Shown here: one piece after another, positions 1 to 11,442 of the stretch
How positions within the stretch are numbered: the first letter of the stretch is position 1
Layout of the letters: the number at the start of each line of letters is the position of its first letter
Source: Octopus bimaculoides
Lineage: Eukaryota
NCBI RefSeq assembly: GCF_001194135.2
Contig: NC_068981.1
Coordinates: 43,290,081-43,354,080, forward strand
Length of the DNA stretch: 64,000 nt
Direction: 5' to 3'
Notes under the pieces: model-generated
What the model was told of the DNA's origin: nothing
The model's database searches: none
The model's input: only the letters and a program-made list of their open reading frames with translations
Translations under genes and position numbers: made by a program

Positions 1-42
<42 letters not shown>

Positions 43-46
43 CACA
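1..46. repeat. (TA)n microsatellite
   Basis: Near-pure TA run at the window start. Confidence 0.95.
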
Positions 47-440
47 TAAAAATCCATGGCTGTGCATAGTTTTCAGAACATTTATAAAGAGAAAGTTTTA
101 CAGCTGTTTCTGGGATATTTTACATCTCTCCATCAGAGACGGTGAGAGAAAATGTTTAAGTAATAGTTATTATAGAGAAGATATGAAATACAGAGTGAAG
201 TGGAGGAATGAAAATAGATGTGAGATATGTAAGGATATATATATATACATACACACACATATGTATATGTATAGTTGGAATTAACAAATAAACAAAAAAT
301 GAAGACGATGTGTAAACATATATATGAATACATATATATATATATATATAGTTATCGCCAAGCCAACATGGCAGTCCCAAAAGCTAGCTAGAGGCGATGG
401 CTTCTTGGAGCTAATTCACGGCAGCTTTCGTCCTAATTTT

Positions 441-662
441 NNNNNNNNNNNNNNNNNNNNNNNNNNNNNNNNNNNNNNNNNNNNNNNNNNNNNNNNNNNN
501 NNNNNNNNNNNNNNNNNNNNNNNNNNNNNNNNNNNNNNNNNNNNNNNNNNNNNNNNNNNNNNNNNNNNNNNNNNNNNNNNNNNNNNNNNNNNNNNNNNNN
601 NNNNNNNNNNNNNNNNNNNNNNNNNNNNNNNNNNNNNNNNNNNNNNNNNNNNNNNNNNNNNN
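441..662. other. Assembly gap (N run)
   Basis: 222 N. Other gaps: 11605-11755, 18675-18781, 36138-36460, 37411-37420, 49512-49660, 62235-62576; most abut (TA)n. Confidence 1.
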
Positions 663-789
663 CCTTCATTTTGGAAAACACAGTCTCATTTTGTTCACGG
701 GAGTTCTCGTAAATTGAACTAGTGAATCAAGGGACATTACTTTTGGGTGTATATATACATACACACACACACACACGCACACACACACA

Positions 790-842
<53 letters not shown>

Positions 843-846
843 ACAT

Positions 847-1015
847 GCACCCTGAGCGAGAGTCCTTTTGTTGTCAACAGAAGTATTAGCTCTCTGAACT
901 TCCTCCAGCTTATTCGTATTCTAGCAACAACACTTTCAGAACATGCTCCACCTTTGCTAATTTGATCACCTACATAACACAAACTATCTACAACCTCAAG
1001 GAGAGCCTTCTGAGC
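847..1015 (-). mobile_element. RTE-clade LINE RT fragment
   Basis: Minus translation CYVGDQISKGGACSESVVARIRISWRKFREL..LLTTKGLSLRV; same region as the plus-strand copy at ~1570-1710. Confidence 0.85.
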
Positions 1016-1150
1016 ATTTGAAAGAGTCTAATTCTTATGTTTCCTTAGTGCTTATTGCTACTGCACATCTGCCACATATAAAGACAACTTTCTCCATTAA
1101 CCTACCTGTGATTCCACTGCACTTCATATGTGTCCATATATATGCACACA

Positions 1151-1202
<52 letters not shown>

Positions 1203-1309
1203 CACGCACGTACGCACGCACACAGACACACACACAGAGAGACACACATACACACACATGCATACACATGCACATTTTTATGTGTATATATGTATAACAA
1301 AAACTAAAG

Positions 1310-2562
1310 TCTTAGTAAGTAGGAAGACAGACAAATCACAAATCCCTTCTAGTAGATGACCCAGCTCGATCTATAGAAAAGGTGTAGATAGAAACTCCAT
1401 AAGATGTACCCAGTGCAAGCTATGGACACATAAGAGGTGCAGCAATATCAAAGGAAGGTTAACTGGGAAAATAGATTTTTGTGTGGCAGATGCTCAGGGG
1501 CAATAAACACCAAAGATGTACAGAAAACAGATTCTGTTACATGCCAGGAGAAAAAACTGGAAGCAGTTGACAGCTTCTGTTACCTAGGTGACCAAGTAGT
1601 GGGAGTGGATGTTCTATGAGCATAATTGCTATAATAAGAATAGCCTGGGCAAAGTTCAGAGAGCTCCTACCTCTGCTGGTAACGAAGGACCTCTTGTTCA
1701 GTGTGAATGGTCGACTGTATGACGCATGTGTATGAACTGCCATGTTACATGGTAGTGAAAGATGGGCTGTGACTGCTGAGGACATGCGTAGGTTTGAAAG
1801 CAATGAAGCGAGTATGCTTTGCTAGATGTGTAATGTCAGTGTGCATATATGAGAGGGTGTAAGTGCCCTGAGAGAAAAGTTGGGTATAAGAAGCATCAGA
1901 TGTGGTGTTCAAGAGAGATGACCGTGCTGGTATGGTCATTTGTTGTGTATCGATGAGCTGTATGAAGAAGTGCTACATCCTAACAGTTGAGGGAACCTGT
2001 GGAAGAGGTAGACCCAGGAACACACGGGATGAGGTGGTGAAGCATGACCTTTGAACGCTGGGCCTCACAGAGGCAATGACAAGTGACCAAGACATTTAAA
2101 AATATGCTGTGCTTGAGAAGACCCAGCAAGTCAAGTGAGATTGTTGCTGTGGCCAATGCCAGTGTCCCATAACCATCCCATTTAAAAGTACCCTTCAATT
2201 GTTGTGCAATATGTTGTGCTTGAGAAAACCTGTTGATTCAAGTGAAATCTTAGTCGTGGCCAATGCTAGTGCCACCTGACTGGCGCCTGTGCTGGTGACA
2301 CATAAAAGGCACCATTCAAGCATGGTCAATGCCGGTGCCACCTGACTGGCTCCCCTACCGGTGGAATGTAAAAAGCACCATTCAAACATGGTCGATGTCA
2401 GTGCTGCTTGACTGCGCCCCCTCCCATGCCTGTGGTATGTAAAAAGTACCCACTACACTCTTGGAGTGGTTTGCATTAGGAAGGGCATCCAGCTGTAGAA
2501 ACCTTGCGAAATAGATTGGAGACTGATGCAGCATAGAAAGCGGACATTAAACGATGATGATA
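1310..2562 (+). mobile_element. 5'-truncated RTE LINE (PHD-like finger, RT C-terminus, 3' UTR with 66-bp modules, (GAT)n tail)
   Basis: Frameshifted translation CTQCKLWTHKRC..CGRC..DSFCYLGDQ..IAWAKFRELLPLL..LYDACV..MLHGSE.WAV..GRPRNT; ends ggacattaaacgatgatgat. Confidence 0.9.
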
Positions 2563-4189
2563 ATAGAGAGAGAGAATGGGATACATATACATATATAAAT
2601 GTTCTTGTGAAAATAATCATAAATACTTATAAATTATTTAAGCCTAAATATATCAACTCTACGTCCTTGATTTGCACAAATGAATGATGGGGAACTTCCT
2701 AACAGACTGCTTTATGATAAATTCATCCAACATTAAACAAGACTGGTTCTGGTCTTACTTTCCCAACTGTTAGGACAGAGAATTTGCTGATATAATAGTT
2801 CATAAGGGACTTACCTCGATACTGGAAAGCTAAATTAGTATATAGTGTTTTAGACTACTAGTATTAATTGTACAATATATATATTTGTGAAAAACAGCAT
2901 GATTCAGATTTACTAAATTAAATCAAACATATTAAAAAGCTTTTGCTGTGAAACTAACCATATATAATTATATGATTATGACCACAGTGATATAAATTAA
3001 TTAAGTATAAGAATGTAAATACATGCCAGTTAATTGACATTAATCACAAACTAGGAGACATGGTGAAGAACTTCATTATAGAAAATGGTGTCTAGTATGC
3101 AAGGCCATCAATCACAAGTTTACACTTAACTCACAAACAGCAAATCTCAGTTTGAAAGGCCACATATCAAAACCATATAAGCTAACTCCCAGGATATCTA
3201 CAGTCATTTTGGGAAGGGCTCTGGAATGCAAGTAACACGACTATGATGTACTTTGGTTAGATGAGATATGCTGTCATTACAGTGAAAGCATCTCTCCAAA
3301 AACTTAGAATATCAACAATAAGACTCTCCAGACAAATGTCACAAAATTATCGAATGGAAAATCATCAAGAAGAGACCTGGTAATGAGATATTGGTTTAGA
3401 AAGCTCATATTCTACAGAGCAGCCCCCGTTGACCTGACAAGGACACTAAGATTGATAAGCCAGACTAGTTGGCAATTGCAGATACAACTACCACTGGTAA
3501 CTAAAATATACTTATGACTAAAAACTACAGGTCCACAGTGTCACTGAGTGTAATATATGAATTATATACAAGTATCCTGAATGTATTCCTCTAGGATCAC
3601 TGTGAAATACATTGTGGTACTTACCAAGTCCCAATCAATTCAATTTGTGCGTGTGTGTGCGTGAAACAGAGAGAGAGAAGGGGGTGCATGTGTCTGTGCT
3701 CGTGTGTGCGTGTGTGTGTGTGTGCATCTCAAAATACACACACTCACAAACATATACGAATAAATATATATATTCATATACTGTTCTATTTTTTCAGTGC
3801 ATATTTTAAATTCCATTTGGGAAATGATTAAAATAAGTAAACCAAAATAAGACAAATAAATAAATATATCATATTAGAATTATTATATTATCTCTATATA
3901 AATGTTTACAATGTGAAATTACTTGAACAACTCCAAATTATTTATTTATTCTAAAAGGTTTTGTCATATTTTTCTAAATATATGTGTATCTATTATTTAA
4001 AATAATTAGCTTGCTTATCTTGTTCATTGAATCATTTTTGCTTTTTTCTCTTTCTTTCTCACAATGACAATTTTTCCTCTCTTCTTTTCTTTTTAGCTCT
4101 CTCACTTCTCCCATAAACATAGACATTCATTCTCCCTGGGCAATCCTCTACCATTCCATCCGAGAATATGCCTAGATACCATCTCTCTC

Positions 4190-4201
4190 ATTCTTCCTTG
4201 C

Positions 4202-4271
<70 letters not shown>

Positions 4272-4290
4272 TCTCACTATCACTCTCTCT
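4190..4290. repeat. (CT)n microsatellite
   Basis: Long CT run. Many similar (CA)n, (TA)n, (GA)n, (TAA)n, (GAT)n, (TAGA)n tracts occur throughout and are not listed individually. Confidence 0.95.
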
Positions 4291-4409
4291 CCTTCGATTG
4301 AAGTAACTATGCATCTCCCCCTCAAGCAAGACACCTGTTTCTGTCCCTCTGTCATATTCTAACTTCTAATTACCTGGCATTCTTCCACCTCCCTCACCAC
4401 TACTATCCC

Positions 4410-4750
4410 TAACAGGTGAGGCATTTTTGTCTTGCGAGATATTTGGTCACCTCATTGGTGCTCGTGCTGTGTAAAAAGCACCCAGTGCACTTTGTAAAGT
4501 GCTTGGCATTAGGAAGAGAATCCAACTGTAAAACCATACCTAAGCAGAACCTGCTGGTTGTGGTGCAATGCAAAAAGCACCCACACCACTTTGTAAAGTG
4601 ACTGGTATGAGGAAGAGCATCTGGCTGTAAAAACCATACCAAAGCAAAGAGTAGAGCTTGGCACAGTCTTCTGGCTTACTACCTCTTGTCAAATTGTCTA
4701 ACACATGCCGGCATGGAAGACAGATGTTGAATGATGTTGATGAGGATGAT
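4410..4750 (+). mobile_element. Decayed RTE 3'-tail element
   Basis: aaaaagcacc..ttggcattaggaaga..tccaactgtaaaacc present twice, (GAT)n-like tail. Confidence 0.65.
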
Positions 4751-4916
4751 ATATATATGTACATATATACAGAAATATATCTTGTTTTTTTGAAAGTTTC
4801 ATCAGGCACACACTATGGTGGCATGAAACTTCAGCTGTGAAACAAATTCTCAGCTTTAGGTTAAAAAAAATCACTATACATACATACATATATATACACA
4901 CATGCATGCACGCACG

Positions 4917-4971
<55 letters not shown>

Positions 4972-5274
4972 CTAAAGATAATATTTCTCTTCCACTTAAA
5001 GTGGATGTTGTGTTAGAACACAGAATACTGCCTTATTTACTTTGAGAAATCTTCTCATATGAACTTGTGGTGCATATAAGCACTTATGTTTGTATCTCTG
5101 ACAGGCATTCATCATCTGCTGTGGCTCAGAACTGCCAGATCACACCTTTTCCCCTTTCCTTAGGTTTCTCAATGACAGACATCTTTTTAGATAGAGCTGT
5201 AAAATACTATGACAGAACCTCTCATGGTGAATAGCACGGTACTCACTTTTCTAACACAATATCCATTTTTTGTA

Positions 5275-5545
5275 GGAGTGTGCAGGTGGCACATAAAAAA
5301 CATCATTTGAGCGTGGCCGTCGCCAGTACCGCCTGACTGGCCCTCGTGCCTGTGGCACATAAAAGCACCCACTACACTCTTGGAGTGGTTGGCATTAGGA
5401 AGGGCATCCAGCTGTAGAAACTCTGCCAGATCAGATTGGAGCCTGGTGCAGCCATCTGGCTCACCAGTCCTCAGTCAAACCGTCCAACCCATGCCAGCAT
5501 GGAAAGTGGACGTTAAACGATGATAATGGTTATGATGAGGATGAT
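5275..5545 (+). mobile_element. RTE 3'-tail element (truncated LINE or LINE-tailed SINE)
   Basis: ggagtggttggcattaggaagggcatccagctgtagaaac..ggacgttaaacgatgat, near-identical to copies at 14300-14490, 29220-29390, 57480-57650. Confidence 0.9.
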
Positions 5546-5762
5546 AAACATTACCATTTTCTATTAATACTGCTTCTGTCAGTATATATATAAATATATA
5601 TCATCATTATATGGTGTTGTTGGCATTTGGAAGGGTATCCAGCCATAGAATCCAAGTCAAAACAGACAATGGAGTCTGGTGCAGACCCTGGCCTTGCCAG
5701 TTCCTGTCAAGCCATCCAACCCATGCCACTGTGGAAAATGGACATTAACTGTTGATGAGGAT

Positions 5763-5795
<33 letters not shown>

Positions 5796-5899
5796 TATCA
5801 ACATTAAACATCTGTCTTTCATGATAGTTTGAGTTGGACAGTTTGACAGGATCCAATGAGCCAGAGGATTGCATTGAGGTCTAATGTATGCTTAGGCAA

Positions 5900-6225
5900 G
5901 TTTTCACAAGTCCTTAGCTTCAGTGGCTGCTGTGGCTTTCAACTGGTCGATCACCACCTTTTTTCTCCTAATTTGGCCTTATCTGTTCCCCAGCATCAAA
6001 AAACACTTAGCTGGAAACACACCAGTATCACAGTGGTGATGACATCATATCCGCTGCTGATAACCTTTTTGAAAAGCTTCTTCACCAATGGTATCCAAGC
6101 TCTGCAACACCGGTGGAAGAAGTTTGTGGACTACAAGGGTGACCATGATGAAAAATCATCCTCATTTGGTTGCATTCCACGACAGTCTCTTCATCAGGCT
6201 ATGGATATTGTAACTGAATCTCATA
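5900..6225 (+). mobile_element. Mariner transposase 3' remnant with right end
   Basis: CGFQLVDHHLFSPNLALS is a decayed HPPYSPDLAPSD motif; SFFTNGIQALQHRWKKFVDYKGDH is the mariner C-terminus; ends in TA. Confidence 0.85.
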
Positions 6226-6929
6226 TAGACATAAGTGTGTATCTACTTCTTTCTATATGTATTTATATATTTTATCTTTTACTTGTTTCAGTCATTATAC
6301 TGCAGTAATGTGTTCTTAAATGTAACATACTTTTAACATATGTTTTCTTATCCCACACTTGGAAGCCATCCAGCACATCACACATTTTACCACAACCCCA
6401 AGCACTCCGCTTCTCTCATCCTTTTCTTTTTTTATCAATCACTCACTTCTCTGCTGCCTGAAATTGCCCTTTCATCTGTCGTGTTCCACAAAAGGAACAG
6501 AGTAATATAGAGTGGTGAGTATCATTTTTCTTCTTGTAGAATGCAAGGCAACCTCATTGGTCCTGGTGTCATGATAAAATTCATCCCGTACATAATTTAA
6601 AGTGGCTGAGAAATTAGCAAACACATTGTGATGCTAGGAGAACCCTTTAGTCATATTTTGTTGAGGACATAACAAATTATCTAGAATTTGTGCCATAATA
6701 AAAGGCACCTAGTACATTCAGCCTTGATTTGTTTCAGGAAGGGCACCTAGCTGTAACGACCCATACCAAAAGGAAATGAATGTGGCCACACATAAAAGAA
6801 CGGTAACTGTAACAAAGAATTCACATTCACTCAAACCATGCCATATATAAAGCAGATGTAGAGTGATTGATGATAATACATAATACAAATATATATGAAT
6901 ATTCTACTATTCCCTTCCTCCTGGAACAG

Positions 6930-7270
6930 AATATGAATGCAGACGCAGCATTCCAAACAATGGGGCTATAGACTGAATAGTTTTGGAGATATTAGAAGTG
7001 AATTCAATAGAGAAGGAGTTGATATGATAAGAAAAGTGGCCTTCTTTTGGTTGGAACAAACTGTTGTATGTTCCTTAAGATCAGTTCAAAATCCTTGCAA
7101 AGATGGGAAGAACCAGTGGCTTTGTTGGTTTGAAGTGGCCAAATATATCTTCACATTTGGTGTGTGTGAAGACCTGGAGGGGTTGAGAGGTGATCGAATT
7201 GGTGGAGATTTGCAAAGTGTGTGTTGCATGGAGTTGGTTTGTGGGGTGGAGGTAAAGAAGTTTCAGGAAA
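6930..7270 (-). mobile_element. Highly decayed LINE RT remnant (CR1/L2-like, uncertain)
   Basis: GC-richer island; minus frames give fragmentary QPLQVFTHTK..LKEHTTVC..KATFLI..PHCLECC resembling a LINE RT C-terminus. Confidence 0.3.
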
Positions 7271-8212
7271 GTTAGTTGAGATCTTTTTAGTGAAGTGTCA
7301 AATAGAACAGCTACAGTTTACAAAGTAGGATAGCTTGAGCATGGTAAATTACAAAAAAGAAAAAGAAAGAAGAAAACTTATCAAAATGATTAGTAAAACA
7401 GAAATAAGTCATTACAAAATTCAAAACTGTTGTAAAATACAGGCAAAATAAATAACTATTGATAGAGTTTAAATTAGAACATCAAATTTGCCCCCTTGAC
7501 AACAGAAAGAATTAGTTCAGAAACAGCAGCGCACACCATCTGTTTGATGGTAGAGTCTCCAAACAAAAATTTTGAAGCAGTTATAAAGCAGCTGTGATTT
7601 GAAATTTAAAACAGATTTCTTTTGATACAGAATGAAATATTTTCCCTTCAAATACAATGGACTTTTGACTGAATTGTAGTGAAAGCAAATTACTGTAAGG
7701 ATTCAGTTTTTCTAAAATGATCCAGAATATCTTGAAGGTAGCAGAACCAAATTCCTTCAAAAGCAAGCCTATTTTGACAAGCACAACATTGACCTAGCTT
7801 TCAAATATTTGAATTAATATACTTTTGCAAGTAGAACCGTCTTTCAAAATAATTTTCTGTTACTGCAGCTTAGGTTTTGTACACTGGGTGGCCATAAATT
7901 TGTGCTTTTACTTTTTAAGCTATCTCATTGGCCAAATGATTTCTATTAAGTGAGCAATTATTGGCATCAGTTCGGTTACAGCTTGAACATTTCTTATTCC
8001 TATTCACCTCTAAGATTTCTATTTTCATTGAGCTGTTTAACTGATGAGGTGAGGTTTTTGCAAGAAGAATGTCAAAAACAGAGATACATACATACGCACA
8101 AACACATACACAGACACACACAGACACACACACACACACTTATTCTTTAATATTAAGTATGTAATAATGATGATGATGATGATAATAATAATAATAATAA
8201 TAATAATAATAT

Positions 8213-8311
8213 ACAGACAGTCTTTAAGAATGTTACATTCGCTTTTCACACTCAAACTTTTGACAGTCAGTGGAGTACAACATTTGAATAGATGATTGTA
8301 GAGGACTGTCT

Positions 8312-8315
<4 letters not shown>
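8213..8315 (-). repeat. Short unclassified repeat next to (TAA)n, copy 1
   Basis: cagacag..ttacattcg..ttttcacactc..gtcagtggagtacaa.atttgaatagatga.tgt.gaggactg.ctgta also at 9554-9662. Confidence 0.8.
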
Positions 8316-8364
<49 letters not shown>

Positions 8365-8557
8365 TAGCATCTTTACAAGGTGGCAAGATGGCAGAATTAT
8401 TAGAGCATTGGATAGAATGCCTTGCAGTAACCATTCTGTCTCTTTCTAGTCTGAATCCAAATCCCACCACAGTTAACTGGGTTTATTGAATAAATTAACA
8501 GTTCAGTACTAGTGTTTGTTCTCTTTCCTTCTCCCTCTCTCTGTTTCTCACACACTT

Positions 8558-8597
<40 letters not shown>

Positions 8598-9483
8598 ATC
8601 TTTATTTTTTTACTTTTACCTGAAATTAAAATCTCCAAAATAATCACATTGTCACACTATTTTGGCTTGAGAATTGCCTTAAAAGTACACATGTCTATGA
8701 AATACTCAGCCATTTCTTCATTAATTTTTTTTCAAGAGTAGTAACTCATTTCATCAGACAAGTGAATGCTCATCACTGAAACTGACGAAGCATCTCTCTT
8801 CATCGGTATTGCTAACTTTCTGTAAATCACATTTTTACCAATTCTAATGGCTTACAGACATTGAATGCAAGTTTGTGGCAATCTCTAGTGTGTTTGAAAG
8901 TTGTTCAGTTAGAAGAACACAGAGAAATATATTATTCTGAATGTAAGATTTATTCAGTCGTTTTTATAATTGTCTGAATGATTCATCTGCATGCTGTAGA
9001 ATCATTGTTTGCCTATCTTTGCTGATGTTTTGTTGTCTTGTGTGTAAAGTATGTGGCATCTTTGCCTTTGTTCAGCTCTAAAGAAAAGATGAAATGCGTA
9101 GTATATGTGTGTAACATAATACCAGAATCTTTATGTGAGAAATAAAAATAAAGAAGGAAAATTCATTGAAAAGAAGATGAGCACATATTGTAGACGAGAC
9201 AAAGAATAACAATAGACTAAAAAAAATTAAAGAAAAATATCCCCCAAACAAGATGTTTTTTATTGATGATGAAAAATCTACATCTATTATGTTTTTGCAT
9301 CATTTATATTTTACTTCTGTTGACACCATGAAGTGTGTGAAATGGTGTTTATGATTTATAAATATATTTTTTTATTATTTTTATATAATTTTATATTCAT
9401 ATAAAATTATGTAATTCATTTTTTATATTTTATTTTGTAATATCATTATATAATATTAAGTATATAACAACCACAGCAACAAC

Positions 9484-9542
<59 letters not shown>

Positions 9543-9553
9543 TAATAATTTTC

Positions 9554-9662
9554 AGACAGACTTCAAGATTCTTACATTCGATTTTTCACACTCCTCGAAC
9601 TTTTCAAAGTCAGTGGAGTACAAAATTTGAATAGATGAGTGTTGAGGACTGCCTGTATACAC
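9554..9662 (-). repeat. Short unclassified repeat next to (TAA)n, copy 2
   Basis: Diverged homologue of 8213-8315, also preceded by (TAA)n. Confidence 0.8.
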
Positions 9663-10178
9663 TCACACGTACATACACTACTATTCCATTGTACACAGAC
9701 ACAGGACAAACAGATAAAAAATTAAACATAAATCTTGAGGACAGACTGTATACATTGTACATCTGTGAACTTGGTCACTGGTACTGTCCCAAAATGCCAG
9801 TTTTGGCATACAATCTTCAATCAAATGTGTTACCAACAAATAAACTGATCTTAGTATATTTTTATTTATTTTTTTTTATTTATTCCTCCTAGAAATGCTT
9901 TTGTATTTTTTTTTTGTTTGTTTGTTTTGGTGGATATTGGTGTGATTTTTATGACTGCTTTATAGAAAAAGATAATTGAAATGTGTGGAGGTGATTAGAT
10001 ATAAGAATTGAAAGCTTAAGGTAGCATATTTTAGAATTTAAGATATACACCACCAACACCATCCTCATCACCTCCACCATCACCACCACTACCAAAATCC
10101 TCCTCATCATCATTTTACAGGCAGAAAATGATGGTGATGATTATACATATATGTATATCTATCTATCTCTCTCTCTTA

Positions 10179-10283
<105 letters not shown>

Positions 10284-10472
10284 ACAGAGGGAGTTAGAAC
10301 ACCTACAATGCTAGAAATAAGAGCTAAAGTGCACTAATGCTGCAGTCAATGCACATAATTGTAAACATACATACTGTGAGTGAGAATTATAGTCTTCCCT
10401 TTTGGTGATACATTGCTAAACGATGCATATATATGTGTGTGTGTGTGTGTGTGTATGTATATATATGTGTGC

Positions 10473-10525
<53 letters not shown>

Positions 10526-10575
10526 TATATATATAGTCACAGGAGTGGTTGTGTGTTAAGTAGCTTGCTTACCAA

Positions 10576-11145
10576 GTGCCCCCTGCTCCCACATTGGAGG
10601 GAGAGATGGAGGCAGTCGAGGAGGTGAAGACCTCCTCAAAGAAAGGAAAAAAAAGATGCCCACCGAAGGACCCAAAAGCTGTGGGAGGGAGGGAAGATCC
10701 TTTGGATAAAGTGGAGGTACCACACCCTCCCATAGCACAAGGGAGGAAGAAAAAGAAAAAAACAAAGAATGAGACATTGCCAGCGGTTGGTAGCACACTG
10801 CCAGCATGTCCTGAAGCCTCCTTGGTGGGAATTGTGCCACTGATGGAGGAAACTGTGGCCCTTCCCAGTGCGATGAGGGATGATTTTGTGGTCTTCTTTC
10901 ACAATGGAGGGGCGATACAAAGCTTTGTAAAGAAGGTGGAGGGCCAGAGGGAAGAGACCCTGCCCTGGACTGAAGACCCCGAATGGCCTCCGCAGGTAGC
11001 TGCGGAAGTCCTAACGGATGTTGAAATGTTCAGGGTGATGGACTCCTTTCCAAAGGACCAGTATAGGTTTGCCTTTTGGGGCACCAACCTGATACTACAG
11101 GATTGCCTGCAGGAGGCACATGGCCTGGTGGAAGAGAGAGGATAA
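10576..11145 (+). CDS. Intact 189-codon ORF, probably 5'-truncated (first ATG 10606); basic NLS-like N-part, acidic C-part; unknown function
   Basis: Open from the first base of the insertion to TAA at 11143-11145 with no stops; KKGKKR and RKKKKKTK motifs; GC-richer than flanks; no RT, EN or transposase motifs. Confidence 0.7.
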   Translation: MPPAPTLEGEMEAVEEVKTSSKKGKKRCPPKDPKAVGGREDPLDKVEVPHPPIAQGRKKKKKTKNETLPAVGSTLPACPEASLVGIVPLMEETVALPSAMRDDFVVFFHNGGAIQSFVKKVEGQREETLPWTEDPEWPPQVAAEVLTDVEMFRVMDSFPKDQYRFAFWGTNLILQDCLQEAHGLVEERG

Positions 11146-11442
11146 GAGGCCTTAGTGCCTCAATTTTTATTGTTACATTGTTTGTATTCTTTGGTTAGAG
11201 GCCAAGTGCCTCAAGTTAGAAAGACGATTACGTCAATTATTATTGAACTGAGGTAAAAGGTTTAATACCTCATTTGGTTTTTTCTTTAAAAAAAAAGAAC
11301 AATGTTTTAGAGAATGCAACAATCTGTGGGCGTTGTTTGCTTCTCCCATCAACCATTTCTTTCATTTCATTAGCATCGTGTCCTCGTCCAGCCCGCAGCT
11401 ACTCCTTCTGTTTAATGCCTTTATGGCAAATTGAATGAAATA
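10576..11442 (+). mobile_element. Retroposed insertion with 18-bp TSD (candidate ORF1-only non-autonomous non-LTR element)
   Basis: aagtagcttgcttaccaa duplicated exactly at 10558-10575 and 11443-11460; AATAAA at 11439-11444; target TT/AA. Confidence 0.9.

Noticed and set aside
324-722. Long ORFs spanning N runs (also 11362, 18469, 35887, 49467, 62099-62860)
   Set aside because: Their length comes from assembly gaps translated as X
133-1359. ORF-track entries rich in HT/CV/YI/SL dipeptides here and throughout the window (e.g. 7915, 10128, 17301, 30112, 43454, 48865, 63596)
   Set aside because: They are translations of (CA)n, (TA)n and (CT)n microsatellites, not proteins
2815-2829. 15-nt minus-strand microexon with GAG|GTAAGT donor (also a 5-nt plus candidate tag|TCAAG|gtgagt near 32951)
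   Set aside because: Weak or no polypyrimidine support; too short to distinguish from chance without RNA-seq
5856-6308. 150-aa ORF as a host gene
   Set aside because: It is a chance read-through from a repeat into a frameshifted mariner remnant and AT-rich flank
10556-10920. Antisense ORFs overlapping the 189-codon ORF
   Set aside because: Shadow frames of a purine-rich, GC-richer coding strand
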